This document shows, piece by piece, positions 10,348 to 19,798 of a stretch of DNA of 61,040 nt. The notes under the pieces were generated by a model, which worked only from the letters and a program-made list of their open reading frames with translations, made no database searches and was not told the origin of the DNA. The position numbers and the translations under genes were made by a program. The DNA lies in assembly GCA_018699495.1 (NCBI GenBank), contig JABIQV010000134.1, positions 1-61,040 on the forward strand, written 5' to 3'. Within the stretch, counting starts at the first letter, position 1, and every line of letters starts with the position of its first letter. This DNA comes from a bacterium. Lineage in GTDB: Bacteria > Margulisbacteria > Marinamargulisbacteria > JABIPA01.

Positions 10348-10425
10348 TATAATTGACCAAATTTTTTTAAATAATAATTTATTGGTAATGTAAGAAATAA
10401 GTCTTAAAATAGAAGGGAATCTTGA

Positions 10426-11448
10426 ATGATAATTATAATGAAAAATAAAGTAAAAAAAGCTTCAGTGCAGGCCGTTGTGCTCGAAGTCGAAGCCTTAGGT
10501 TATGCGGCTCACGTTATTAACGGTATCGAAAACACAGTAATTGGTGCGGTAGGAACTAAAGATAAGAATAGTCTCCGATCATTAGTATCTATGGACGGAG
10601 TTGCCTCTGTTATGCCAATTCAACAGCCATATAAACTGGCCTCTTTATCGACAAAAAAAGAATCCAGTATCATTAAAATTGGTAATACTGAAATAGGTGG
10701 AAATTCATTTGTTTTAATGGGTGGTCCTTGCTCAGTAGAAACTCGAGAACAGACGTATTCTTGTGCAGATTCCGTTAAAAAAGTTGGCGGCCAATTTCTT
10801 AGAGGTGGCGCTTATAAACCTCGCACATCTCCTTACAGCTTCCAAGGCCTTGAAGAAGAAGGTCTTAAGATTTTACTAGAAGCAAAAAAGAAAACCGGTC
10901 TTCACATTGTAACTGAGTTGCTCAACCCTCAAAATACCGAGTTAGTTAATAGTTACGCAGATGTTATCCAAATTGGTGCTCGAAATATGCAAAATTTTGC
11001 TTTATTAAAAGAAGTGGGAAAATTAAAAAAGCCAATACTTTTAAAAAGGGGTCTTTCATCTACTTTAGAAGAATTAATGATGTCTGCAGAGTATATTATG
11101 TCTGAAGGTAACTATAACGTGATTCTTTGTGAACGAGGAATCCGGACATTTGAAAAAGCGTATCGAAACGTGTTAGATTTAAATGCTGTTCCCGCTTTAA
11201 AAAGAATGACTCATTTACCAGTTGTTGTTGATCCAAGTCATGGGACTGGCCGGAAAGATTTAATTGAAACGATGAGTAAAGCAGCCATAGCGGCTGGCGC
11301 TGATGGGATTATGATTGAAATCCATCCAAATCCAGAAAAAGCATTTTCTGATGGTCCTCAAAGTCTTAAATTTCATGAATTTGAACACCTAGTAAATGAA
11401 ATTAGACCATATGTTGAATTATCTAAAAAAACGTGGAGTGTAGTTTAG
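10426..11448 (+). CDS. aroF: 3-deoxy-7-phosphoheptulonate (DAHP) synthase, class I-beta with an N-terminal regulatory domain
   Basis: 340 aa. GGPCSVE, RGGAYKPRTSPYSFQGL and DPSHGTGR. A ~70-aa N-terminal ferredoxin-like/ACT-like extension as in Thermotoga-type enzymes. Confidence 0.88.
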   Translation: MIIIMKNKVKKASVQAVVLEVEALGYAAHVINGIENTVIGAVGTKDKNSLRSLVSMDGVASVMPIQQPYKLASLSTKKESSIIKIGNTEIGGNSFVLMGGPCSVETREQTYSCADSVKKVGGQFLRGGAYKPRTSPYSFQGLEEEGLKILLEAKKKTGLHIVTELLNPQNTELVNSYADVIQIGARNMQNFALLKEVGKLKKPILLKRGLSSTLEELMMSAEYIMSEGNYNVILCERGIRTFEKAYRNVLDLNAVPALKRMTHLPVVVDPSHGTGRKDLIETMSKAAIAAGADGIMIEIHPNPEKAFSDGPQSLKFHEFEHLVNEIRPYVELSKKTWSVV

Positions 11449-11684
11449 GGTCAATTACAAAAATTTCCGTCTCAAATATAGTGCCGCGTCTACATGTCTT
11501 TAATATGGAGTGTCCGGCACAAATATTTTACCGGGACTTTTCATACAGTAACGATCTAACTACATATAGCCATACCAAATATTTAAATGCGGGCAATTTG
11601 TCATTTTGATATTCTCTGTGTTCTAAAATGTCTGAGATTTTTATTTATTTCCCGGAAGGAATCCCATACATCTCCATGACTCAG

Positions 11685-12137
11685 CTACTTAACGCTCGAC
11701 GGGCTCTCCACTAAAAAAGTTGCGGGCCCATCATTTACTAAATCAATTTCCATATTAGCCCCAAACTTTCCTGTATAAATTGAGATATTTTGGCTTTTTA
11801 ATGCTTTCACAAATTCTACATATAACGAATTTGCATGTTCCGGTAGAGCCGCTTGTTCAAAGCTTGGCCGACGACCTTTCTCCACATTCCCGTACAAGGT
11901 AAATTGAGATACTACTAGAATTTGGCCTTGAATATCCAAAACTGACCGATTCATTTTGCCATGTTTATCCTCAAAAATTCTCAAATTTGGAATTTTTTTT
12001 GCCAAATAACTAATATCTTTGGATGTATCTACTCTAGAAACCCCCAAAAATAAACATAGTCCTTGTTGAATCGAAGCGTAAACTCTATCATTTATTATGA
12101 TGCTTGCTCGTGTGACGCGTTGTAAAAGACATTTCAT
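11685..12137 (-). CDS. dtd: D-aminoacyl-tRNA deacylase
   Basis: 150 aa. MKCLLQRV start, SQFTLYG and GRRPSF motifs. Confidence 0.9.
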   Translation of the reverse strand: MKCLLQRVTRASIIINDRVYASIQQGLCLFLGVSRVDTSKDISYLAKKIPNLRIFEDKHGKMNRSVLDIQGQILVVSQFTLYGNVEKGRRPSFEQAALPEHANSLYVEFVKALKSQNISIYTGKFGANMEIDLVNDGPATFLVESPSSVK

Positions 12138-12155
12138 AAAGGACTATACTATACA

Positions 12156-12680
12156 ATGAATCAAACAAGATACAAATTATTTCCGGGAACCCTTATTATT
12201 GGAATCCTATTAATCGGTGTTACTGTTGTCTTTAAAACGCCTATACTGACTACATTAGGGTTTGCCGATAATTCTGCAAACAAGTATCAACTATTAACTA
12301 AAAAAGATCTTAGAAAAATCATAAAAAAAGGTCCAGGATACGCCTATGTAACCGTCGAAGAAGCATTCGCCTCATTTAACGAAAAAAATACCTTATTTAT
12401 GGATGCCCGTTCAAAAAAGGACTATGACAAATTACATATTCCTGGCTCATTTTCCGCGTACCCCTATTCTGATAATTTAAATACACGCATCGCTTTTTTA
12501 AACCCAAGTGACCCGATTATTGCCTACTGCTTTTCTAAGTCATGCCCTCTATCTGAAAGTTTAGCCATTCATCTAGTGGATAAAGGATTCACAAACATCA
12601 AGATTCTTAAAGGTGGAATTAAAGAATGGGTGCTGCTGCAATACCCTATCGAAGGTTTTACTGAAGCTTACAAAAAATAA
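12156..12680 (+). CDS. Membrane-anchored rhodanese-domain protein
   Basis: 174 aa. N-terminal TM helix. Rhodanese-like fold signature (LFMDARSKKDYDKLHIPGS ... IIAYCFSKSCPLSE ... GFTNIKILKGGIKEW). Confidence 0.7.
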   Translation: MNQTRYKLFPGTLIIGILLIGVTVVFKTPILTTLGFADNSANKYQLLTKKDLRKIIKKGPGYAYVTVEEAFASFNEKNTLFMDARSKKDYDKLHIPGSFSAYPYSDNLNTRIAFLNPSDPIIAYCFSKSCPLSESLAIHLVDKGFTNIKILKGGIKEWVLLQYPIEGFTEAYKK

Positions 12681-12761
12681 ACCGAAGGATGTCCGGGTTG
12701 AATTTTATTACCTTTCGTCTAACATTATTTTGGGACACACTTTATAATTATGATATACTTC

Positions 12762-12780
12762 GTACCCTTTAGCAGGGTAC
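12762..12780. terminator. Short hairpin between the convergent rhodanese and hisI-like genes
   Basis: GTACCCT-ttagc-AGGGTAC (7-bp stem, 5-nt loop). No convincing U-tract on either strand. Confidence 0.3.
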
Positions 12781-12787
12781 TTCATTA

Positions 12788-13216
12788 TCAATTTGAAACG
12801 AAAGCTAACTCTTGATTGGCACCTATTCTTCTATAATAACAGGATTTTCTGTAATCTAGTGATGCCTCTCCATCTCTAATAACCTTTGTATGACACGATC
12901 CTGAACCCTTTAATTCGACCATAATTAGTAACGAATTTTGTTCACAATTTACGTAGATATTGCGTATCAATAATTCACTTCCAGAGCGTTGCCCCTTTTC
13001 CCACAACTCATTTCGTGATGTACTCCAAAACACTACCTTGTTCGTTTGCACACTTTTGTCGAATGCTAGCTGATTCATATACCCCACTATCAGCACATCT
13101 TTGGAATCTATATCTTGTATAACTACCGGTAATACGTCGGATTCAATACCCGCTACTTTTTTAAGTTTCTTGAAATCCAAATCTAACGTTTTTGATTCTT
13201 CGTTATTTTTACTCAT
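12788..13216 (-). CDS. hisI: HisI-like (phosphoribosyl-AMP cyclohydrolase family) protein with a non-canonical active-site block
   Basis: 142 aa. VGYMNQLAFDKS...FWSTSRNELWEKGQRSG...CHT...KSCYYR is colinear with the E. coli HisI domain (LGYMNPEALDKT...FFSRTKQRLWTKGETSG...DCDNDTLL...CHKGTSSCF). However, DCDND is NCEQN here and GETSG is GQRSG. Confidence 0.7.
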   Translation of the reverse strand: MSKNNEESKTLDLDFKKLKKVAGIESDVLPVVIQDIDSKDVLIVGYMNQLAFDKSVQTNKVVFWSTSRNELWEKGQRSGSELLIRNIYVNCEQNSLLIMVELKGSGSCHTKVIRDGEASLDYRKSCYYRRIGANQELAFVSN

Positions 13217-13242
13217 ACACCCTCAATTACAGGAAACCCAGC

Positions 13243-14172
13243 TTAAACCATGGGAAGCGGAAATTGAACCCCTGCTTCTACATCTTCACCCTCTGAAATA
13301 CCTACAGATGGGTACCTCTCTTTAACCCGATCTACCAGTTGATCTACTATATAACGGGGTACGGAGGCACCAGAACTTATTCCTAATATAGACTTCCCAA
13401 CCAGCCAATCAAAATTAAATTGTTTTTTTGAATCTATGATGTAAGCATCTGTTCCACACTTTTCCGCTGTCTCCCTCAGTCGATTACTGTTAGAACTATT
13501 TGGAGACCCACAAATTACCACAACATCGCATTCTTTTGCCAATTCCAAAACGGCGTCTTGTCTATTCTGGGTAGCGTAGCATATATCGTTTTTAGGTCTT
13601 TTGTTCAAGTTAGGAAACTTCTTTATCAATTTGTCCACTATTTCAGATGTATCTGAAATAGACAATGTCGTTTGTGTTATGAACGCCACTGATTCGTCTA
13701 CGTTGATTGTTAATTTATCTACATCGTTCACATCTTCAACAATGTGCAGATACTCCTTATCAACATATCCAGACGTCCCTACCAACTCCTGATGCCCCTT
13801 ATGTCCAATTAAAATAGTTGGCATTTTTCTATCCGAGTATCTATTGGCCTGCCGATGAATTTTTTTCACTAACGGGCAGGTTGCGTCGACAACATGAATA
13901 TTTTTATCTTTAGCCTCTTTATATATTTCAGGTGAAACGCCATGTGCACTAAAAACAACCACACTTTTATCTGGGACTTCTCCTATGTTCTCAATGAAAA
14001 TAACCCCTTTTTTTTCAAAGTCCTCGATCACCCATGTATTATGTACAATCTGATGTCTCACATAAATAGGTCTGCCGTACTTTTCAAGCGCCATATTTAC
14101 GACATCTACCGCGTTAGAAACACCAGCGCAAAATCCTTGAGTATGAGCTAATATAATTTTTTTCATAGACAT
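13243..14172 (-). CDS. ispH: 4-hydroxy-3-methylbut-2-enyl diphosphate reductase
   Basis: 309 aa. Cluster cysteines in GFCAGV, ATCPLV and ICYATQNRQ; SSNSNRL motif. Confidence 0.93.
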   Translation of the reverse strand: MSMKKIILAHTQGFCAGVSNAVDVVNMALEKYGRPIYVRHQIVHNTWVIEDFEKKGVIFIENIGEVPDKSVVVFSAHGVSPEIYKEAKDKNIHVVDATCPLVKKIHRQANRYSDRKMPTILIGHKGHQELVGTSGYVDKEYLHIVEDVNDVDKLTINVDESVAFITQTTLSISDTSEIVDKLIKKFPNLNKRPKNDICYATQNRQDAVLELAKECDVVVICGSPNSSNSNRLRETAEKCGTDAYIIDSKKQFNFDWLVGKSILGISSGASVPRYIVDQLVDRVKERYPSVGISEGEDVEAGVQFPLPMV

Positions 14173-14175
14173 AAG

Positions 14176-14583
14176 TTACACCAATAAAAGAGAAAAATAA
14201 ATGGCCGTTCCAAATGAAGAGATGATAATCCAATAATTACAAATCTTAACTAACTTAATTCGATTCTTTTCAACATCAAATACAAGACCCAAAACATTAA
14301 GAATAAAATACGGACTCGCAAGTATCACTAACCCATTATTAACTACCAATAAAAATGCAAATATCTGTCTTAAAAGGTAGCCTATTTTTAACCCGACAAT
14401 AAAGTCGAATTGATAAAAAAAATACACTAATATACCTATGTGAAATATTGAAAAAAAGGACGCCATCCCCATATTTTTTCTAACTTCGAAATCCTGATTT
14501 TTATTTAACGCATCCTTAGACAAATATAAAAAAAGCAGTATAGCACTACTAAATAATAATCCCGACAATTTGTAAATATTCAC
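14176..14583 (-). CDS. Small polytopic membrane protein, unknown function
   Basis: 135 aa with about 4 hydrophobic helices. The stop lies 4 nt before the ispH start, and the ORF sits between ctaB and ispH. Confidence 0.55.
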   Translation of the reverse strand: MNIYKLSGLLFSSAILLFLYLSKDALNKNQDFEVRKNMGMASFFSIFHIGILVYFFYQFDFIVGLKIGYLLRQIFAFLLVVNNGLVILASPYFILNVLGLVFDVEKNRIKLVKICNYWIIISSFGTAIYFSLLLV

Positions 14584-14621
14584 GTTATATCCTTATCCCA
14601 TCCTCAATCTTAATCGAAAAA

Positions 14622-15548
14622 TCAAATCATCCATTGAATATCGATTATCATTACCAGAAGTAAAAGAGGCAAATAGATAATTGATACCCTCATAATCTTT
14701 CTTGCTCTCGAAACTGTACGATCATTTCTAAATTTTAACCCATTTACTAAGAAAAAGCACCCAAGACCTATGCTTCCAAAAAGATAGACAGAACCTAACA
14801 TCCCTGTAAAATAGGGGTACACTGAGACGCCAATCAACAAAATAATAGTAATTAAGATTTGACGATAGGTTCTGCTCCCATCCGTATCAAAGCACGAAAT
14901 CATTTTTAAATTAGCCTTTTCGTAATCGTCTTTAAACATCCAAGCAATCGCGTAAAAATGGGGCAGTTGCCATACAAATAAAATTATAAAAAATGCCCAG
15001 GAATCTAGATTAAGCGTGCCTGATGAAGCCGTCCATCCACCTAATGGTGCCATAGCTCCGGGAATGGCACCTATCAACGTATTTAAGGACGTGTGTTTTT
15101 TGGACACTGTATAAATAACGTAAAATATATAAGTTAATATGGCTAAGACGGCTGTCAGAAGATTGACCTTAAAAATAAGTATGCTGCTTCCAAAAATGAG
15201 AAATAAAAAACTTATTCCAACAACAGTTTTAATAGAATAAAAACCAGTCGGCAAGGGGCGATTTTTGGTTCTGTTCATTAATTTATCTATATCTTTTTCC
15301 ATTGCATGGTTAATAGCTCCGGCCCCCGAAGCAACTAAGCCGGTTCCAATCAATCCATAAATGAATGTATTTAAATCAAATTGACCAATATTTCCGAGCC
15401 AAAACCCCATTGCGAAAGTCACAGACTGCATAAGAGTAATTCTCAATTTGATCAAATCTAAAAAGTTTCTAAAATGCCCGGCTGAATTGAATTTACCCAT
15501 GTTACCTAGACCTCGATCGAAGAACTTTAAAAGGTCGTTTTTTTGCAT
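14622..15548 (-). CDS. ctaB: Protoheme IX farnesyltransferase (heme O synthase)
   Basis: 308 aa. UbiA-family motif NHAMEKDIDKLMNRTKNRPLPTG. An alternative start ATG at 15500 (MGKFNS...) would remove the 47-nt overlap with the upstream ORF. Confidence 0.92.
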   Translation of the reverse strand: MQKNDLLKFFDRGLGNMGKFNSAGHFRNFLDLIKLRITLMQSVTFAMGFWLGNIGQFDLNTFIYGLIGTGLVASGAGAINHAMEKDIDKLMNRTKNRPLPTGFYSIKTVVGISFLFLIFGSSILIFKVNLLTAVLAILTYIFYVIYTVSKKHTSLNTLIGAIPGAMAPLGGWTASSGTLNLDSWAFFIILFVWQLPHFYAIAWMFKDDYEKANLKMISCFDTDGSRTYRQILITIILLIGVSVYPYFTGMLGSVYLFGSIGLGCFFLVNGLKFRNDRTVSRARKIMRVSIIYLPLLLLVMIIDIQWMI

Positions 15549-18500
15549 TTACTTTGGTCTTCATTTTATTTGACGTTTTCTCAGAAGCCAAAGTTGGGAT
15601 TATGTTATTTTGTTTTTTTAATTGTCGTGTCACTTCTTTAACATTTGTGGCCATATTTTGTTTGCTAATTTTCTCGGAATCTAATTTTCCATTTGCCGAA
15701 TTCAAGCGCTGAATCAACTCTGTGTTCACTAAATTAAGTTCTGAAACTTTCTTCTCCGCTCGTTTCAGCTCTTTCTCTAGTTCATTAGTTAAGCTCCCTC
15801 CCCCGAATGCACTAGACACCTGAGTTTCTAATTCCAAAACTGATGAATTACTTTTTGCAAGCTTCCTGTTTAAGTCAGAATTTTCTGCGTCTGCATCTAA
15901 AAATGCAGATTTCAACTTTTGATTGGACTTCGACAAAGCCTCAAATTCTTTTTTCAACTGACTGAATTCATGGTTGCCGAATTCCACATTCCCTGATTCC
16001 TGCTTTACTTTTTTTGAGCCTTCATGAATCGATTCTTTTTCAAGTTTAAGTTTTAACATGCTAATTTCATCATTCAATTTATTGCATAAAATAATATGCT
16101 TATTTTCCTTTACTTTTATCAAGCGTGCGACGTCATCTTGAATCCGATGTTCATTATCTTTCAATAAAAGCGCCTGTAAATCAGTTTTCTCTTTGGTTAC
16201 AACGGCTCTTTCTTCTTCTACTTTTAATTCTTTCTTCCTGAGCGTGTCGTTTTTCTTCTCAAACTTTGTCTCCAAAAACAAAGCCCTATTTTTTAACGTT
16301 GTTTCTAATTCTTTTGTTTTTAAATTAAAATCTTCACTTTTTTCCTTGCTCTTTAAATCGAAGTCCGATTGCAATTCCTTTTCATGATCTTGGAAGGCGA
16401 TTTCCAAAGAACGTCCTTTTGCATTATAACTATCAGATAACTCTTGTCTCTTTTCTCCGTACTGTGTCTCTAATGTCTCATTTTTATGATCATACTGCTT
16501 TTCCAGACGATTATTCTTTTTGTTATATATATCCGTTAAGTCAGCCTCTCTGTGTGAAAAAGTTGCATCAAGTTGATTGTCTTTTTCCTGATAAATGCTA
16601 CTAAGGTTATTCTCTTTCTCCAAATATTCAGACTCAAGCCTCGAAACTATCTGTTTGTATTTCTGTTCCAAATCAATTTCTCTTAAAGACACACTCTCTT
16701 CTAATTGCACCTGTAAATCGTTATATTTTTTTTCCATCACCGATTGTTTTTCCAATAATACATTTTCAGAATCCTGGACTTTCTCAATATGTCTTTTATC
16801 CAATTCCAAATTCTTTTCATCAAACTGTGCCCCCAGCTGACAAAATAAGAAGGCCAACTCACTTTCCCGTTTCAGAACTTTTTCCTCTAAAGCTTCCGCC
16901 AAGTCTTTAAATTCCTTCTCTAAACTAGCCTGCTGTACATTAATCTTTCTTTCCAGACTAAATCGCCGTTTAGTTGTCTCCGCTTCAGTTTTAGATTGAA
17001 ACTCATCAAAATTATCCATTTTGCATCGATATTCAGTTTCCAAACCTATCGTCTTATCTTCAAAAGATTTTTGATTATTAGCTATTTGTTTACTTAATTC
17101 AGAAACCTTAGTTTTATGAATAGTAGCCATTTTTTTGCGCTGAGACTCGATTCCTAACTGCTCATTGGCTAACTTTTTGTCAAAAAGCAGCTCGACTTCA
17201 CTTTTTCTACAATTAAATGCGTTTTCAATACTCTCAATTTTTTTGTCATAATCAGATCGTATAGAATTTATCTCTTTTTCAAAAAACCCGATTTTTCTAA
17301 CAAATGTTTCCTGAATATTGAGTTTATGTTCATTAAGAACTTTGTCCTTTTGATTGTATTTAGCCGTCAAGTCTTTACTTTTGTCGGAAAGGTCCGTCAA
17401 ATTAGACTGATAGGTAATCTGATATTCCTTCTCTATCTTCTCAAGTTTCAAACGATGTTCTGTTGTGATGTCGCAAATACGTTGTTCCTTGAATTCGTTT
17501 ATACGAACTTTGCTTAACTCCATTTCTTTTCTTTCATAAACACTGCATTTCTCATCAATGCTTAACTTAAATGCTTTTAACTGATCTAGGAGTGATTTTT
17601 TTTCATCTTTAAATTTTTGTTCTTCTAAAACCCTCGTGTTTTCATTCTCTAGAAGTTCGCTTTCTCGCTTTTTAACAAACTCATATTCCTCTTGAGAGAG
17701 CTTAATTTTCCTCGTTTCAAGCCGATCAAAAAGATTTTTTTCTTTTTCCTGAAATTGACGATGAAGAATATCCTCTTTGTCCCTTAACTTTTTTTCAAAC
17801 AAAGTGAATAACCGTTCACTTTCGCTCCTACGCGCCTTAAGGTCAGTATCGAGCGCCAATAACTTGCTCGATTGCAGTCGTCTCCTATTCTCAATTTCGA
17901 CATCTAAGGCTTCTTTGTTTAACTCATATTCTGCATTCACCCTAACTATATCTTCTTGATTTTTTTGTTTAAACTCCAAAAATTCTTCAGAAATTTGACT
18001 CTTTTTATCCTCAAATTCAGACGAAAGAATTTCCAACTCAGTCTCAACCCCTCTTTTTTGAATAGAAAGAGTATCTCTCACTTCCGACACATGGTCTTTA
18101 AATGCCTGTGCCTTTCTCTTGAGGTCCTGTTGAACCGCTTCTCTTTTTTTCTCTATTTCATTTTCGGTAGAAACACGATTGTCTTCAATTCGTCTCAAAC
18201 TCGAGATCTGATCAGCTTCAATATTTCTTCGAATATCGCCCAAATCAAATTCAAGTTTATCTTTTTCTTCTTTAATAACATCAACTTCTGACTCCAACTG
18301 AAGCTTGAGGTCATCGTAATCTTTTACTAAAATGGATTTTTTTGCTGAAAATTCACTTTCTATTTCATTTTTTTTCTTTCGATAAATATCCCCGTACTGG
18401 TCAATTTTAGACAGGTCTACCTTAATCTTATGAAGAGTTTGAAGATTGAATATTTCTTTTTTTACGCCAATTTGTAACTGTGAGTATCGTTGAGACTGAG

Positions 18501-18678
18501 TCTGAATCTTTTCCTCCAAAGTAGGCCCATTATTACCCGGTTCGTCTGCAAAGGATTCATAAGATTTTGATAACCAAGTCGAACTGGCCTCCGTTTTGTG
18601 CCGGTCAAAATTGGTTGTAATTCTGTTGTTTTTCTCACGAGAACTTGAATCTGACATTTCGGCCATTCTGTCCTCCAA
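15502..18678 (-). CDS. Giant Lys/Glu-rich alpha-helical repeat (coiled-coil) protein, unknown function
   Basis: 1058 aa with no TM helix and no nucleotide-binding motif seen. The more likely start is ATG 18666, behind GGAGGA at 18671..18676. Long run of 11-residue repeats (see findings). Confidence 0.85.
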   Translation of the reverse strand: MEDRMAEMSDSSSREKNNRITTNFDRHKTEASSTWLSKSYESFADEPGNNGPTLEEKIQTQSQRYSQLQIGVKKEIFNLQTLHKIKVDLSKIDQYGDIYRKKKNEIESEFSAKKSILVKDYDDLKLQLESEVDVIKEEKDKLEFDLGDIRRNIEADQISSLRRIEDNRVSTENEIEKKREAVQQDLKRKAQAFKDHVSEVRDTLSIQKRGVETELEILSSEFEDKKSQISEEFLEFKQKNQEDIVRVNAEYELNKEALDVEIENRRRLQSSKLLALDTDLKARRSESERLFTLFEKKLRDKEDILHRQFQEKEKNLFDRLETRKIKLSQEEYEFVKKRESELLENENTRVLEEQKFKDEKKSLLDQLKAFKLSIDEKCSVYERKEMELSKVRINEFKEQRICDITTEHRLKLEKIEKEYQITYQSNLTDLSDKSKDLTAKYNQKDKVLNEHKLNIQETFVRKIGFFEKEINSIRSDYDKKIESIENAFNCRKSEVELLFDKKLANEQLGIESQRKKMATIHKTKVSELSKQIANNQKSFEDKTIGLETEYRCKMDNFDEFQSKTEAETTKRRFSLERKINVQQASLEKEFKDLAEALEEKVLKRESELAFLFCQLGAQFDEKNLELDKRHIEKVQDSENVLLEKQSVMEKKYNDLQVQLEESVSLREIDLEQKYKQIVSRLESEYLEKENNLSSIYQEKDNQLDATFSHREADLTDIYNKKNNRLEKQYDHKNETLETQYGEKRQELSDSYNAKGRSLEIAFQDHEKELQSDFDLKSKEKSEDFNLKTKELETTLKNRALFLETKFEKKNDTLRKKELKVEEERAVVTKEKTDLQALLLKDNEHRIQDDVARLIKVKENKHIILCNKLNDEISMLKLKLEKESIHEGSKKVKQESGNVEFGNHEFSQLKKEFEALSKSNQKLKSAFLDADAENSDLNRKLAKSNSSVLELETQVSSAFGGGSLTNELEKELKRAEKKVSELNLVNTELIQRLNSANGKLDSEKISKQNMATNVKEVTRQLKKQNNIIPTLASEKTSNKMKTKVNAKKRPFKVLRSRSR

Positions 18679-18680
18679 AT

Positions 18681-19055
18681 TTAATGATTTTTACTGCGTG
18701 ACTCGCTATGACCATCGCCAATTATCTTAACTGGACTGTTAATACCAAACCTCATAGCTTCAACTTTATCCGTCTGAGCCCGTGTTTCTATATCTCCCAA
18801 AGTAAAAAGAAAAAATATAGACATAAATATTACACTAGTAATAAGAATAACTGCATTAAACCCTTTATCCCACTTTAGCCCCATAAAAAAAAGAGCCACA
18901 ACCGATGCCTTAATCATTGCAACAAAAAGTGCTACGGCTACGTTCAAATCTCCAAAATCGAATTCAGCAATCTTAACTGTCACAAAGGTCAAAAAAATCA
19001 ATGTTAGCAGTGTTTTTACATACGTTTTAATTGGAACTACATGATGTTCTGACAT
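18681..19055 (-). CDS. ctaF: Cytochrome c oxidase subunit IV (bacterial caa3/aa3 type)
   Basis: 124 aa with 3 TM helices. The block ALFVAMIKASVVALFFMGL is typical of the prokaryotic COX4 family. Lies directly after ctaE. Confidence 0.8.
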   Translation of the reverse strand: MSEHHVVPIKTYVKTLLTLIFLTFVTVKIAEFDFGDLNVAVALFVAMIKASVVALFFMGLKWDKGFNAVILITSVIFMSIFFLFTLGDIETRAQTDKVEAMRFGINSPVKIIGDGHSESRSKNH

Positions 19056-19058
19056 AAT

Positions 19059-19712
19059 TTATCCTACCAAGTATAATAATGGAAATAAAAATATCCATAC
19101 CAAATCAACCAAATGCCAATACAATCCGACCATTTCTACTGGCGTGTAATATTCAGAATAAAACTCTCCCCGTTGCGTTTTTATCAATAGCCATATAATT
19201 AGCCCCATTCCAATAAGGACATGAATACCGTGAAGCCCCGTCAAACAAAAATATAATCCAAAAAATATGTGTAAAACTTCCGACGTTCCTTCTCCAAAAA
19301 ACCACCTTGCAGGTAAAAGACCGTGATGAAATTTCTCTGCGTACTCCATATACTTCACAACCATAAACATTCCAGCACATACCAAAGTTATTAATAGAAA
19401 AACGAAGGTGTGCTTCTTATTGCTAACTTGAGCACTTCTTATCGCCATCGCCATTGTAAAACTACTAATCAATAAAACAATTGTATTCAAAAACCCCATA
19501 TTTACTGACAAATGATGATGCGCTTCAATAAACATAGCTGGATATAAAAATCTAAATACTCCGTAGGCGACAAAAAGCGCGCTAAAAAACAATAGCTCTT
19601 GCCCTAAAAATAACCACATTCCAAGCTTAGCTGTTTGAAATTCCTGATCCGCGCTCTCAAAATGATGCGCTACTTCATGCTTAACAAACCCATCTTTGGT
19701 AAGTTGCTTCAC
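19059..19712 (-). CDS. ctaE: Cytochrome c oxidase subunit III
   Basis: 217 aa. GTG start behind AAAGGAAG. HHFES...[13 protein letters not shown], and C-terminal [17 protein letters not shown]. Confidence 0.9.
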   Translation of the reverse strand: MKQLTKDGFVKHEVAHHFESADQEFQTAKLGMWLFLGQELLFFSALFVAYGVFRFLYPAMFIEAHHHLSVNMGFLNTIVLLISSFTMAMAIRSAQVSNKKHTFVFLLITLVCAGMFMVVKYMEYAEKFHHGLLPARWFFGEGTSEVLHIFFGLYFCLTGLHGIHVLIGMGLIIWLLIKTQRGEFYSEYYTPVEMVGLYWHLVDLVWIFLFPLLYLVG

Positions 19713-19798
19713 GAATTGCTTCCTTTGTATTCATACGGTCCACAGGTAACCGTCGGAGTTATTTCAAAGTTCTCTAATATTGGAGGAGATGTTGTTTG

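Noticed and set aside
11632-11637. CUGAGA hexamer in the aroF/dtd convergent spacer as a possible THI-box
   Set aside because: None of the other TPP-riboswitch conserved segments follow it, and it is not upstream of any thi gene.
11449-11684. 236-nt convergent spacer between aroF and dtd as a possible ncRNA or terminator locus
   Set aside because: Only short (4-6 bp) imperfect stems were found by eye, with no convincing structure or conserved motif.
16193-18291. Several plus-strand ORFs of 60-111 aa (16193..16387, 16419..16604, 16595..16840, 17326..17517, 17777..17959, 17956..18291) opposite the coiled-coil gene
   Set aside because: They are Phe/Leu/Ser-rich mirror images of the AAA/GAA-rich minus-strand coding sequence. 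They have no SD and lie fully nested in a much longer, better-supported ORF.
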